Source of the DNA: Octopus bimaculoides
Taxonomy: Eukaryota
Direction: 5' to 3'
Assembly: GCF_001194135.2 (NCBI RefSeq)
Contig: NC_068982.1
Span: 119,224,031 to 119,288,030, forward strand
Length of the DNA: 64,000 nucleotides
The notes under the pieces are model-generated. The model was not told the origin of the DNA. It saw only the letters and a program-made list of their open reading frames with translations, and searched no databases. Made by a program: the position numbers and the translations under genes. This document shows, piece after piece, positions 1-12,984 of the stretch (positions within the stretch are counted from its first letter, which is position 1; every line of letters begins with the position of its first letter).

Positions 1-33
1 ATATATATACATATATATATATAAATATACATA

Positions 34-446
34 TATATGGCAAAAAGAAAATGGAGGGGATATACATCAGCCGGTAGACATTCTATTATGCCTATTTATT
101 CCAAAACAAAAGTGAGTATTATAAGAATACATACACATGCAAAGACTGTGTGCTACACAAATATATACTAGTAATACATAAAAGACAGGAGTATCACAAC
201 AAGGTGAGCAAAGTCACATCCATTGAGTGATACAAGTAAAAGTATATGCGTGGTACTCCTTATTTATACGAAAGTATCAATCCAATGAACGTGAATAAGC
301 AATTCATTGCCAGATGATTTCAAATGGTGAAGCGTGGCGCCACTATACACCATGCATTACTAGTGTTACTAGTATATATTTGTGTAGCACACAGTCTTTG
401 CATGTGTTTGTATTCTTATAATATTCCATTTTCTTTTTGCCGTATA
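34..446. mobile_element. Inverted-repeat (MITE/foldback-like) element
   Basis: 116-177 (tattataagaatacatacacatgcaaagactgtgtgctacacaaatatatactagtaa) is the near-exact reverse complement of 361-424. The outer arms tatatggcaaaaagaaaatgga (~35-56) and tccattttctttttgccgtata (~425-446) also pair. Confidence 0.7.
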
Positions 447-604
447 AATTAAGAGTAAACCGCTTTTTACCCTCGCCCATATATGACATTCGATTGCGAA
501 AATGCTACATAGTAACCAGCACTTGGGTATAAATAATTAGGCACACTACCAGCTGTATATTTTATAGGTAGAAACATTTAGTTGGTTGGCTTTCCAACCT
601 CTAA

Positions 605-607
<3 letters not shown>

Positions 608-672
<65 letters not shown>
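608..672. repeat. (TA)n microsatellite
   Basis: Pure TA run seen directly. Confidence 0.95.
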
Positions 673-675
<3 letters not shown>

Positions 676-1149
676 GAAATTTATAGGAAAACAAAATACG
701 AAGACAGGTGTATGAACAACATGCAAGTGCATTATGATGTTACTTGGGAAAATGAAAAAAGTGTGTTACGTTTCGGGCCTCCGCTCTTCAATAGAGAGGA
801 ATAAAAAAAAATAAGCAGAGAGAGAATGAAAAATTAACAGAGAGAATGTGTAGATTAAAGCAGTCGAACATGGCAAATGACTGGAAAAAAGACCGGTTGA
901 ACGAAAGGGAGATAATAATATAAAAAGCGGAGGTGCGGTTAGGGTTTGTGTGTTAGATTCTTACAGAAAATGCAGAATATTGAAGGAATATTGATATATT
1001 AGAAAGTACATAATTATTATATCAGGAAAAAATGGTGATCTATTTGATAAGTATACTGCTATCTTGCTCTAAAGTTTGAGTATACACCATGTAGGAAAAC
1101 AAACGGTGTTCAGCAAACCTGCACACAACAACATTGATGTAGATAAATT

Positions 1150-1400
1150 TGAAATGGTATAAATCAGTCACAACTGATTGCATAGCCCAAACAATATTAC
1201 GCGATTATGTTATTCTTTTCTGAACGAAACGTTAATAACCTTTGCGTTCTATCCAAGATTGTTGAGATTGATACAATTCTGTTCCAAGTATTGCAAGCTA
1301 ATAGCTGCTAGGAAAGTAAGTGCAGAGATTTCTTTGCAGTTGGCACTGATTTGAGCAGGCTGAACACAATGTAATGATCACAGTTTAGCCTAAATTTCGA
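1150..1400 (-). mobile_element. Highly decayed LINE (RTE-like) reverse-transcriptase fragment
   Basis: The minus strand gives a weak match to the NYRGISL..AAK..NR.L.NRI region of RT, with stops and frameshifts. Judged by eye only. Confidence 0.3.
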
Positions 1401-3264
1401 GTCGTGACAACATGAGTGAAGAGAGGAGGAGAGGCATGTAGGTCAGGGACGCCTGAGTAGAGGGTTCAGTTCCTCAGCTCGTTCTGAAAAGCAAATGTCT
1501 CAGCAGTAAGAATTGAAAGGCTGAGAAAGGAGACAGCGCACCGGGCTATTTTAGTGTGTTTGCGTTAGATTTCGTATTAATCGATTGACCTCCCTGAAGA
1601 TGTTATCTAACCCGCCTGAGTATGTAAAAGAATCATCCGAAATCTAGTTAGGAAAAATCCAGTCTTTGTCACATTTAAGATAATCGTTCGATGGCAAAGA
1701 TGAGGTAACGCCTTTGATACGAAGTGATTGCATGAAATTAGTCCTTTGTGTTGTATTAGAAAAAAATGAAAGAGAGGTCCATTGGAATATTCTGTCAAGT
1801 TCTCTGTTCATGGCATTTGTGCAGAGTTTTACATGAGTTGTTTAAGGAAAAATTAAGGGTAGTAACATATGCGTAGAGTTGGTACATTCAGCAATGACAG
1901 CAAGGAAGTTGAAGTATAGAAAAGTAATATAGGAAAAGAATGAACACATAATCGTTAATGTGAGTAGCTAGTTGCATCAAACTTCTACCAACGTCGCAAT
2001 AGTACAAACTTACAAGAAGCCTTAAATACGTGAAACAAGACCTGGATGCGCTCATTTCCGGAGACTTCTAGCAGGGGTGCTTTCGCGTGGTAATCAAAAG
2101 AAATATATTTCGAGGGATTTTACCTAACATAAGCAGTGGAGTTTGATGTGCAGCTGACAGCACTGTTGATGTGTCCCCCATTAGAATACTAAGAACTGAT
2201 GGAAAGAAAAATTCTGCAAAAGTTGCTTTTTTTGTGAGCAATAATCGGCTTCGATTTATCAGACTTGACAGTTTAAAGGGGCTAGATCTTGCAGTGTATG
2301 GAAATAGATATCTAGATTGTGGGTTGAGTAATATCCGGCAAGCGCTGTATACTGAAGTATTAATTTTCTGTAGCAGATATCATAGCCCATCACATCCTCA
2401 TAAGCATAAAGCGAGGCGGTTTATCTTTACGCATGATAATGCTTCACTTACATGCAATGCTGACTGACCCCCGCGTTATGTGCGTAATATTTTAGCTTAA
2501 ATACGCCTCACTCATCAAAATTTATACGGTAACGGATCCACTACCGACATTTCCCCTTCTTCCACTCTCTTCGTATTGAGATTATGTCATTGGCCACTCA
2601 CACCTTCTTACAGTCCCGTATTCCTTTTTCAAACAACCTAAAACTTTGTCTCTTACGTATATTAATCTTTACCAGCGTACGCATGAAGTTATTTTAGATG
2701 TTCTTCCGCGTGCGTATACCTGATATTATGACATATATCCATTGGCCGTTAATTATATATCCATTCAGCTATTTTCATACCGTCCCTATACGCACATGCA
2801 TGCACACACTTGCAAACACACATACATATAATTATAACATCTGTGATTTACCGGTTTCTTATTATCTATAATTATTTTTTCAGTTACTATAGAGACACAC
2901 TATACTTTGAGACATTTCCTAGATTTTTATCGTCTTGTAATTTTGGTACTTTTTAAACCACTTATTCAAATAATCGTTTTCATCTCATGAATGTCAGTTT
3001 TGAAATATGAGATTACATTCCTCCTCACGATAAACAAAGTGAGCTAAACCCCTGAACTTCACAGAATGTTTATTCCAGAAGTAGACTATCACCAGATTTG
3101 TTGGACGATGTTTATATACATATTTGGTTGAATATATTAGCGTACATCCAACTTCAGACGTGTCATTTCCTATTCAAGTACTAGCGAAATATTGTTCCTC
3201 AAGAGCTATTGGTAACTTGCAAAACCCTTAATTACAGATATTTTTCTTATTTTTGTTTTTACAG

Positions 3265-3456
3265 GTCGTCGGCTCACTTGTTAATAACGGCCATGATCTG
3301 ACATTTGAAGTAGACCAAACCAGTCAATGGGGAGTCAATATTAGTATGGGTCCGTTATCATATACTTATCGCGCAGCGAATCTAAAAGTCCATTTTGGAA
3401 GTAAAGATGAACGAGGTTCGGAACATACTATAGCAGACAGAGCATTTGTTGCAGAG
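3265..3456 (+). CDS. CA10: Internal coding exon of an alpha-carbonic anhydrase-related protein (CA10/CARP-X-like)
   Basis: Polypyrimidine tract plus acceptor (ttttgtttttacAG, 3263-3264) and donor GAG|gtaaga. The 192 nt (phase 0/0) translate to VVGSLVNNGHDLTFEVDQTSQWGVNISMGPLSYTYRAANLKVHFGSKDERGSEHTIADRAFVAE. This carries the alpha-CA motifs NNGH, GPL..YR, HFGS and GSEH, and closely resembles CA10 as I recall it ([31 protein letters not shown]). Orthology is inferred from motif similarity, not from a search. Confidence 0.92.
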
Positions 3457-5574
3457 GTAAGAGATTTATCAATATATTATATCTTTTTCCCATCCGAGGG
3501 AGCCACAAAGGGTGTTCTTAATGTATTCCAGTGCTGATTACAAGTACGTTGATTCATATTACGTAATCACTATGAGAGCTATTTCTATATTCAAGGTATT
3601 GCTTTCTGAAGTAAAATGAAGTATTCATAGCTATAAAAGGATATCATGAGTAACAAAGCTACTGTAAGCTGTCTATGCTATTTAAATCTAATATTCAAAA
3701 TCTGATATGGTTGGACTCACAGCTGAAAGTGTGTAAAAACTCAACAGGGGCTTTTTTTCTTTTAACCACCAACTAGGAGGTAACACGAACTTAATTCATG
3801 TCAGACTTTGTTATCAATCCGTAGTAGCGAACGCATGAAGTATACAACTGATAAAACCTGGCCAAGTATCCTCTAATTTACAATATTACAAATGAAAGAA
3901 CTATGGATCTTAGTCATAGATAAAGAGTCGGAAGAGGGAATGGATATGCATGAGTAGGCTGTATTTGATATTTGATTGACTGGAGTTGAACTCAAATTAA
4001 CAACGTAAACAAGAACCAGCGTTTCGATGTCTTAGAACGTTGTGTTAAATCACTTATATCTATAATATGGGAGATGCTGTTGTTTAACACAACATGATGC
4101 CTTACTGAACAGATTTTCGATCTATGGACTTCTCAACAGCATGATTCCATCTTCGTTATACCTACAATTATGTATCACAATATGTTGTTTATTATTTAAA
4201 GTGGGACTGAGATTTCAATAAATTTAGCTGTTATTCATGTGTGGTCAAGCTAGTACACTGAGTCAAATATTTTGGTGAATAGTTCGCTATGAATCTTATA
4301 GATAACAAATTCACTTTCAGGTTACACTAACCGGGAAATTTCAGTGATAAAAAGTAAACCATAGAAAGCGAGAAATCATTATTACCATTAAACAATACCT
4401 TGAAACGACATGACACTTTCATGTAAATCTTGCAATGAAACGTGTAAATATAAACGAATGATCTCGTCATTATAAAGATCTGCTTAAGGTTATTTACCCC
4501 GTTTAAGGATTGTATTGCTGATTAATTGCATTTACTGGATACAATACCAGTTTATGATATTAATTTTGCTATAAAACGCTAACCTCATTTTACATAGTTT
4601 ATCTAACAATATCCAAGGAGAAATTCGGAATCATAATCGAGCGAGTTATCGATGAAGCTTCTTTACGGCGGTTAACAACTGTTCACGTACCTGACAATAC
4701 ATTGGTAAATATAAATTCTGCATCATAAAGTGATAAAGTACAGACGATGAGACATCTTAACAGAGGTGAACAAAAAAAATCAACTCAATATATGAAATAT
4801 AATGGATATCTTTTGTGTTGTTTTCATTATTTCGTTGGAAGAATATATTTACCATCAAAATAGAATGAGTTCGAACTGCTGGCATTTGGGTACTAGAATG
4901 GAATAGCTTGTTTGTGATGGCGTATATTGGCTAGCTAAAAAATGGCACTGAATATATATGTCAATCACCCAAAAGACTTAAAAGATGAAGAGGAGAAACT
5001 ATCATATAGCATAAAAAATAAAATTGGGTTGTAAATCAGGACAATATAAAAGGGACCAAGCTGTACGTGATCATGAAGTTGTGAATGATGATGATGATGA
5101 CAATGATGATGATGATGAAAAAGAGGAGGAGGAGGAGGAGGGCTTTAATTTCAGGAACAAATGCTGTGAAATAAGAAATTGGTGATTTCCATGCCAATGT
5201 ATTTTCACTTATCTCAAAATTCTAATAGTTTCTTTTATCGTCATTATATTCTGTTTAAATAGTAAACACTGCATTTGAATTTCAGAGAGATATGATTTCA
5301 AATCTCGGAAATAAAAACGTACCACAAAATAATCATTGACTTTTATATCAGTGTAAACTGACATCAGTAAGTACTGAAACATATCGGAACATTTTCTGAA
5401 GCGTGACCTTCATAGACTACTAGACGTCGAATCCCGAATATAGCAATAATAAAAAAAAAAACAACTATGTATATTAAAATGATTTCATATACAAATAGGA
5501 TAACTGAAATTCAACCAAACACGAGTTCTTGTGAGCAAAACAATTATTTAGATGCAGTACGTGGTACGATAAAT

Positions 5575-5950
5575 GGGTTTGGGTTCAGTCCCACTGTGTG
5601 GCACTTTCTACAAGTATCTTCTACTATAGCTCCGGCCAACCGAAAAATTGAAAGATTTTGTAGAGCAAAACTGAAAGAAGCCTGTCATATGTGTACGTAT
5701 ATCTCTTTATATATACATATGTGTGTGTGCTTGCGTATGTATATGTGTGTGTGTGCAGGTGTGTGTGTGTGCATCTATATATGGCGTCATTATGTATATA
5801 TCTCACCACCACCTCTTGACAGACACTGTTAAGTGAGGTGACAAAATAAGTACCAGGCTCTACACAAACATACTGTGGTCAGTTCATTTGGCCAAAAGCT
5901 GTTCAAGACAGTGCTCCAATTTGGCCACAGTCCAGTGACTGAAACAAGGA
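5575..5950 (+). mobile_element. SINE family A copy (tRNA-type head, internal TA/TG microsatellite)
   Basis: B-box-like gggttcagtccc followed by tggcac..caagt..cttctactatagc and aactgaaagaagcc, then a microsatellite and the tail gtgctcca..tggccacagtc..tgactgaaacaag. These blocks are shared with 24226-24594, 11895-12080 and 18555-18740. Confidence 0.75.
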
Positions 5951-6458
5951 AACTAATATACATACATTCATATTTATGCATAGTTTACCGTTCAGCAAAT
6001 TTTCTTTCCTTTTCCTTTTTCCGTTTTTATTCTTCATTCTTTTTATTCGTTATTTCTCTTATACCAGCGTACTGATTTGCAAATAGAATACACCGTGTGA
6101 TCAGAGCTTGAGGAATGCCTGGAGACACATGGCAAGTTATAAGAGTGTGCTGAGATACGTGTTACCAAAGCGAGCAACTAGTAATAGCGCGTCACTGTAT
6201 ATTGTGTATGTGCGTGTGTGTGTGAACCATAAATTGTCACGAGGTATGAAAAGTGAATATAATAATTTGACCACGTTTTCATTAGGGTAATGGTTGCTTC
6301 ACAGCCTGCTTCATGTAGTAAAAATTTCACTGTACAATATATTATGATTACATGTCTGCATTAATATGCATGCTTCACATTATACAACTCACTTGCATAT
6401 TCACATATCAATGCAGATAATCGAAGCTAGCTCATCAGATCAACATATCTACATATGT

Positions 6459-6503
<45 letters not shown>

Positions 6504-6725
6504 TTTATTTTTATACATATATATGTTACAAATAATTACGATTCAGTTGAATAAGGTACTTAAGTTCATAAACCAAGCCAGTCCGGTATTATCCACAAAA
6601 CTCAAAGTAAGGTGAATAGACAGCAAATAAGTTAGAGGGTCTCAAGATATTATTGCAATACGGCCGTTGTTGGAGGCGGCTACTCTTAATCGAACAATGC
6701 AAGCATTGCATCAATTTGAAATATA

Positions 6726-6976
6726 GCACCATCTTCAGTTGCAAAATACAAATTTTTAACAGTGAGGATATTCAAATATAGGTTTTAGTAAATATTTCCT
6801 CATGGCTAGAGAAAGAAATAATTTCATGCTTCTACTAATTTAGCAGAGATATCTTCTGCTACATTTGTAGAAGCATGTAATTATTTCCTTCTCTCGCTCA
6901 TTGTATATATTTACTAAAACCTATATTTGAATATCCTCACTGTTAAAAATGTATATTTTGCAACTGAAGATGGCGC
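6726..6976. mobile_element. ~250-bp palindromic (foldback/MITE-like) element
   Basis: The left arm gcaccatcttcagttgcaaaata...tagcaga is the reverse complement of the right arm tctgcta...ttgcaactgaagatggcgc. The centre is near 6850. Confidence 0.8.
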
Positions 6977-9487
6977 GTCATATACGTACATTTATGTTTG
7001 AAGTATATTTTAATATGAAGACAGTTAGTTGTTTCTCCAGAGAGAAAAATGAAGTTAGTGTAATTGTTTTTACTTAGCCTGGATTTCACGACCTTAAATA
7101 TCCCACTCGCCAACGTTTATTATATTTATAGCAGCCACCTAAATAATCGAGAAATTTACAATCAACCTTTTCTAAAAAATATAATATTAAATTTAGTTTC
7201 GACAAAATGGAGAAAGGTTTGCCATTTTTACTCCACGAAAAAATCAATTCATACATTTTTTAAGGAAGGTCAATTCTTAATATGGAAGTCTTTTATTTTA
7301 CGCAGCTTATGTCATTGAACCCTCTGAATGCATTCGTTTATAACCTTTTATGAACTTTTACATCCTCAAAGAGATATTCTCAACTATTGTTGTCCAGCAA
7401 ATTACTATGCAAGAATTATTAATTTGCCAAAATTTGCTTAAGAGACTAATTGCATTTGACGATCCACTGAAAAAAAATAGGCGCATAAAAATACTTTGCA
7501 ATGAATTTTTTTTTCTTTGACTGAGAAATTTACATCCTAACATGATGCTAATCAGAAGCCGACTAACATCTCTAAATATATAGTAACTTTCACAGAGAGC
7601 TGCTTAAAGTAATATAGTAAAAACATATATCAAATTGACAAAGAAAAGCATGTTGTAATGTCAGATCAAATCCTCTTTGACTTCGAGCAATATATGACAA
7701 ATCAAAATGGAATATGAGACCAAAATTATTTTTAAGAGGCTAATTGTGACTAAATATATCTCCCAGTTATTTCAACCGAATGATGAATTCGTTTATTTTA
7801 TGGTTAAGGAATAATGTCAATAATGATATCTTCCATGATCGCAGAGTAAATATTTTAGGGTAACAAACCTCATTCAAATAAATTATCACAAATAATTATA
7901 TGAAAGTGAGTAGAGTTTTAGTAGAAAGGAAATCATTTTAAAATGGAACTCACAATCTAGTGATCTTGTATTTCTGAAGATATACCTACTTAATCATACC
8001 TCTTTGTTGAAGCGCACATCGCGAAGTATATATGCAGAAAGTACAGATTGTGTAACAATCAAGCATTTCTCAAGTTATTGACGTAAATTGATTTTAATAA
8101 TAGGTTTCAAAGCTGGTACAGATCGTCTTACAACACAAGGTACTGGTTGCTCAACAGCACAGTACACTTGAAATTTCTTTATAGACTTTTAGCTGAAGAT
8201 AACTGATATTATCAGTTGGTCTTTGAGAGTTGCAATCCAATACTTTTGAGATTCGATTTGCTTCTTACAAACCTAAGGGTTGTTAGATAACATATTCTTA
8301 CACACATACATCTGAAAATGTCATGGTCAGTGCAGGTGCGACTCTGATCACAGTTTTATTGGATTAGTTTATGTTTTGCAGCTAAACAACGGCGGTGATA
8401 TGATAATGAAGTAAGTCACCTAAGACGATGAGGAAATATAGTTAATTGAAAATTTAAAATAAGAAAAGTAAGCATTTGCTTAATAATTAATATTTGATTA
8501 CAACTTGGCGAGTACGAATGGCAACCCAGAGTGTCTTTTACGTACGAGATATACCGTGTTGTCATCCGTATATTTAAGATCAAGTTAAATTAATATTAGT
8601 CAACTATGTTATGTTACCCTCTCTTTTCTGTGCAAGTAGTATTTCTCACTAGGTTCTTTTCCAGACTGCATTAAATACGTTGCCCCTAACTTGATTGATA
8701 GTATGACACATAACGAATATGGAACTCCACTATACACCGACAACTCAGTTCTCTGGCGTTCGACAACTTGAGGTAATTTTGCATGACCGGTATTTATCTA
8801 GCAAATTTTTATATACAGGATATCTATAGAAATCGTCAAAGATTTATTTCAAGATTGGTTTGTTTCTTCTTTTTTTTTTCATAATCATGCATACATCACG
8901 GGAAAATGTGTAATGCAAAAAGTGTAGCGAATGGAACGGAACACAAAGTTACTTCAGAGAATAACATGAAATCCCTGAAGAAAGAAAATTGAATGTTCGA
9001 TATTACATGGATTTTCTACAACTACAACCTGCAATAAATAACTATTTTTCGTCTTTATACAATATGTCTCCATAATTCTGTCCAATGACCAATAACACTA
9101 CGTGATCCAAACAATTTTTACATTGCCAATGCTATTACAGCATCTACAAAGACGCGGAATTAATTTCATATTTTTACAAAAGTTACATAGTTTGAAGCAA
9201 CATAGTTTCGCTATTGAATTATGATATAAGAAGAAAAAAAAAACACTCAAAAAATAAAATAAAATAAATAAAATAAAAAATTAGAGAAACGCACAAAAGT
9301 TTCTCTAGTTTCATTTCTAGAATGTTCTTGCATAACGCATGAAAAATAAAATTTAAAAAGTAAACAATGAAAATAAACAAAACATATATAATAATACTAA
9401 TGATATACTCATTAGAATTCATAATGTTAGCATTGTTGCAGGCTATCTCACTCTCTCTTTTTCTCTATGTGTATGCTATATTATTTT

Positions 9488-9492
<5 letters not shown>

Positions 9493-9553
<61 letters not shown>

Positions 9554-9562
9554 CTCTCTCTA

Positions 9563-9597
<35 letters not shown>
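9493..9597. repeat. (CT)n microsatellite
   Basis: Seen directly. Confidence 0.95.
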
Positions 9598-9601
<4 letters not shown>

Positions 9602-9930
9602 GTTATACACGCATATCACACAAACTCGCATGCATACACATATATAAAGACTCGTGCACATACAAACAGACATACGCGCACATACACCCACCTTGTGTCT
9701 TACCTTTCGTATGACGAATAATGTTGGGAATAACTTCTACCACAGTGGCTAATAGTAGTCAATTAATTATAATTTTAATTTTTCCAAATTTCACATTGTT
9801 ACGCAAACAAATGAAATGAATATTAATTTTCAATATAAAATAATTATTAAATTGAAATATAGTTAAAAAAAATATTTCTCATTTGTGTATATAAAACAAA
9901 ATACAATAAAGAAGCATAGTATCGTACGAA

Positions 9931-9934
<4 letters not shown>

Positions 9935-10024
<90 letters not shown>

Positions 10025-10085
10025 AAGAAGAAGAAGAAGAAGAAGAAGAAGAAGAAGAAGAAGAAGAGAAGAAGACGAAGAAGAG
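9935..10085. repeat. Compound (AAT)n-(AAG)n microsatellite
   Basis: An AAT run switches abruptly to an AAG run near 9995. Confidence 0.95.
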
Positions 10086-10812
10086 TGTTATACTTTGATG
10101 TTATAATTTTTAGAGATAAATTTGTTTTCGTTACTAACCATGCTTCGTAAATAAACGCATAACTTTATATTTATTGTACCTATGTAAAAGTTTCTTACAT
10201 ATCCAGCAAAAGGAAATTATTTAACCAACATTCCCCGTTTTATGAATGATATCATCGTAGTATTAGAAATAAAGTAACATTTAAATTGCAAGGAAGCAGC
10301 ATAGTATTATAGCAAATTTTAAAAATTGCTGAGTTGATGGAGAAACTGTAGAAGGAAACAGAGAAGCAGAATTTCTACTACTCTGCTAAGGATAGTGCTG
10401 AATTTCTACTGTAGGTACACAGGAAGGTGTAGTAATCAATTAATTTAGGACAGTCTAAAAAGACTAGTAATGAGTATTATGTATAGTGTTTAGGATGTAT
10501 AACTTAAAATTAAATATGCATTTTGTGTCGTAAAATTATGCTCTAAGAGGGCCTCTGCGGATTCAGTCATAAGAAACCAACCAGTTTCTTCGCTACTCAA
10601 GAATGCATAATTACCTGATTAGTGTTCTTTCGAAAGATGGCTGCCTGATTGTAGTTATTTATGTTTTAATATTTTCGTCAGTCTCTTGAGAATTATATAT
10701 TTCAAATGAATTATTAACTAATATCGAAGCGAAGTGATTCGACCCATATTTCAGTCTATCAGAAAGCCGGACTGCAAACAAAACACGCACGCACTCACAC
10801 ATACACACACGC

Positions 10813-10845
<33 letters not shown>

Positions 10846-10846
10846 T

Positions 10847-10889
<43 letters not shown>

Positions 10890-10918
10890 TACAGACAGAC
10901 AGACAGACAGACAGACAT

Positions 10919-10971
<53 letters not shown>

Positions 10972-10978
10972 CAGATAG
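10813..10978. repeat. (AGAT)n/(AGAC)n tetranucleotide microsatellite
   Basis: Seen directly. Confidence 0.95.
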
Positions 10979-11894
10979 TAAGGAGAAGGAGAAAAAGGAA
11001 GGTGAAAGCAGTAGTTACTGACCAGATAATTAGAGGAAATACGGATGAAAGCATTAGAGTGAAAATCTTTGATTCTAACTGCAAAGATGAATCAGCTTCT
11101 CCTACCACATTTTTTGTTGCGTAACGACCTTAATATGAATAAATATCTGAAATTCTCATAATGCAATTAATTTTCGTTCGGGAAAATAATCTATCAAAGT
11201 AATATACTATATTATTTCATTCGTATATTTATGTTATTGCTTATAAAGAATGCATGGGATTTAGTATTCAATATCTACAATATGGATGTGACAAATGAAA
11301 TAGATATGAAAAACTGATCAGTTTTGAAGCAGAATTCATTGTTACAATGTGCTTGTAGTTTTCTGCTCGGTAAATCTTTTAATAACGATGATTGTAGAAA
11401 ATAAAGCATGAGTCACACAAAACAGGAGTTATGAAAATTGAAAACCAATTTTACATATTTTAAGTAAAGTACAACGTTAATATAATGGATAAATAATTTA
11501 TATTCGTCTGGTGTCGGAAAGTATTGCTTGCATCGTGAGATGTCTCCAAAAATATTTTCTTACAGGTTTCCTTATTAGGTTTCTTATGAAAATTCATATA
11601 CATAATCAAATTATCAAGCAAAAGAAACGAGAATAATTGGACTCATATCAGGTTAGACATTTATTGACTTTCGGTTCATCATGGAAAAATATAAATGCAA
11701 TGTGAGATTTGGTTATTTAATTTCATGCATGTGTTATAACGGAATGTTTATTAATGACCTTTTTAATTCACTAAACCAGCACATTGAAATGAAATTTACT
11801 ATTATACGGAAGATTATTTGAAAGAAAAATTCTCAAAAGAAAAGCTAGCAGATATACCCGGCGTTGCTTTGGATTAAAATAGGATAGTTATTTT

Positions 11895-12080
11895 ATTATT
11901 TTGCTTGTTTCAGATATTTGACTGCGGCCATGCTGGAGCACTGCTTTTAGTCGAGCAAATCGACCTGAGGATTTATTCTCAGTAAGCTAGTTCTTATGCT
12001 ACCGGTCACTTTCGCCGAACCACAAAGTTACAGGGACGTAAAGAAATCAACATCGGTTCTCAAGCGATGGTAGTGGTACA
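11895..12080 (-). mobile_element. SINE family A, 3' half
   Basis: Reverse complement of the family A tail: ttgtttcag..atttgactgcggccatgctggagca..ttagtcgagcaaatcgacc..gggacgtaaa..caacatcggtt.tcaagcgatgg. Confidence 0.75.
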
Positions 12081-12131
12081 AACACAGACACACATACGCA
12101 CATACATATATATACACATATATATATATTA

Positions 12132-12169
<38 letters not shown>

Positions 12170-12245
12170 ACACACACAAACACACATACACACACACATA
12201 CACATACACAGACACACACACATACATATACACACACGCACACAC

Positions 12246-12334
<89 letters not shown>

Positions 12335-12409
12335 GTCAGACGTGACCTCCGTGGTACAGTCAGCCAATCTAACTAGTTAGATCAGAAGCAGTTAGGAACG
12401 CAGAGGTCA

Positions 12410-12950
12410 TCATAAAACTGCAGAAAGACCTGAACGAAGTCTACAAAAGGATGGGCTAAAAAAATAACAAGCAATTCGATGTTATGAAATTTCAGCAATT
12501 CACTATCGGTCCAACATCAGGCTAAAATCGAAATACACTGGACCAGAAGGTAATATAATCCCAGAGTCAGAGTCGGTCCGTGACCTGGGGTTTCAGATGA
12601 ACAATGATGCAGCATACTATGTGCATATTACCGAGATAGCAACACAGTGGAGGCGAGTGACTGACTGGATTCTGAGGACATTCAGAACCAGGGAAACGGA
12701 AACCCGGCTACCCCTATGGAAGGCTTTCGTCCTTAGACGCTTGGACTTCTGCTCCAAGCTATGGTCCCCAGAGAGTGTGAAACAAACTGTGGAAGCAATC
12801 CAGCATCAACACAAACGAAGATTGATTTGATGCCAAAGATGGGCAACTGGGAGAGGCTAAAGAAGCTGAGTCTCTTTTCCTTGGAGAGAAGACGAGAAAG
12901 ATATGCAGTGATATATGCTTGGAAGATCTTGGAGGGTTTAGGAAAATAAG
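12410..12950 (+). mobile_element. CR1-group LINE, RT C-terminal fragment
   Basis: Translates, with frameshifts, to LQKDLNEVYK..., VRDLGFQMNND..., RVTDWILRTFRTRE...LWKAFVLRRLDFCSKLWSP and ...RRRERYAVIYAWKILEGL, which are typical CR1/L2-group thumb-region motifs. Confidence 0.85.
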
Positions 12951-12984
12951 TTGCTGAAAATGAATCTAAAAAACTTATATAAAT

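Noticed and set aside
2171-2467. ORF ending FIFTHDNAS, resembling the Tc1 QHDNAP motif
   Set aside because: It is a single short motif with no other DDE landmarks and no TIRs found.
3385-3387. A-to-I recoding of the Lys94 codon (AAA) restoring a metal ligand
   Set aside because: Editing cannot produce His. The best ADAR context (A before G) is the synonymous third position, and I see no nearby complementary sequence.
3253-3537. 94-aa ORF in the supplied track treated as a complete gene
   Set aside because: It starts at a non-ATG codon inside the polypyrimidine tract and reads through the GT donor at 3457. Only 3265-3456 is CA-like.
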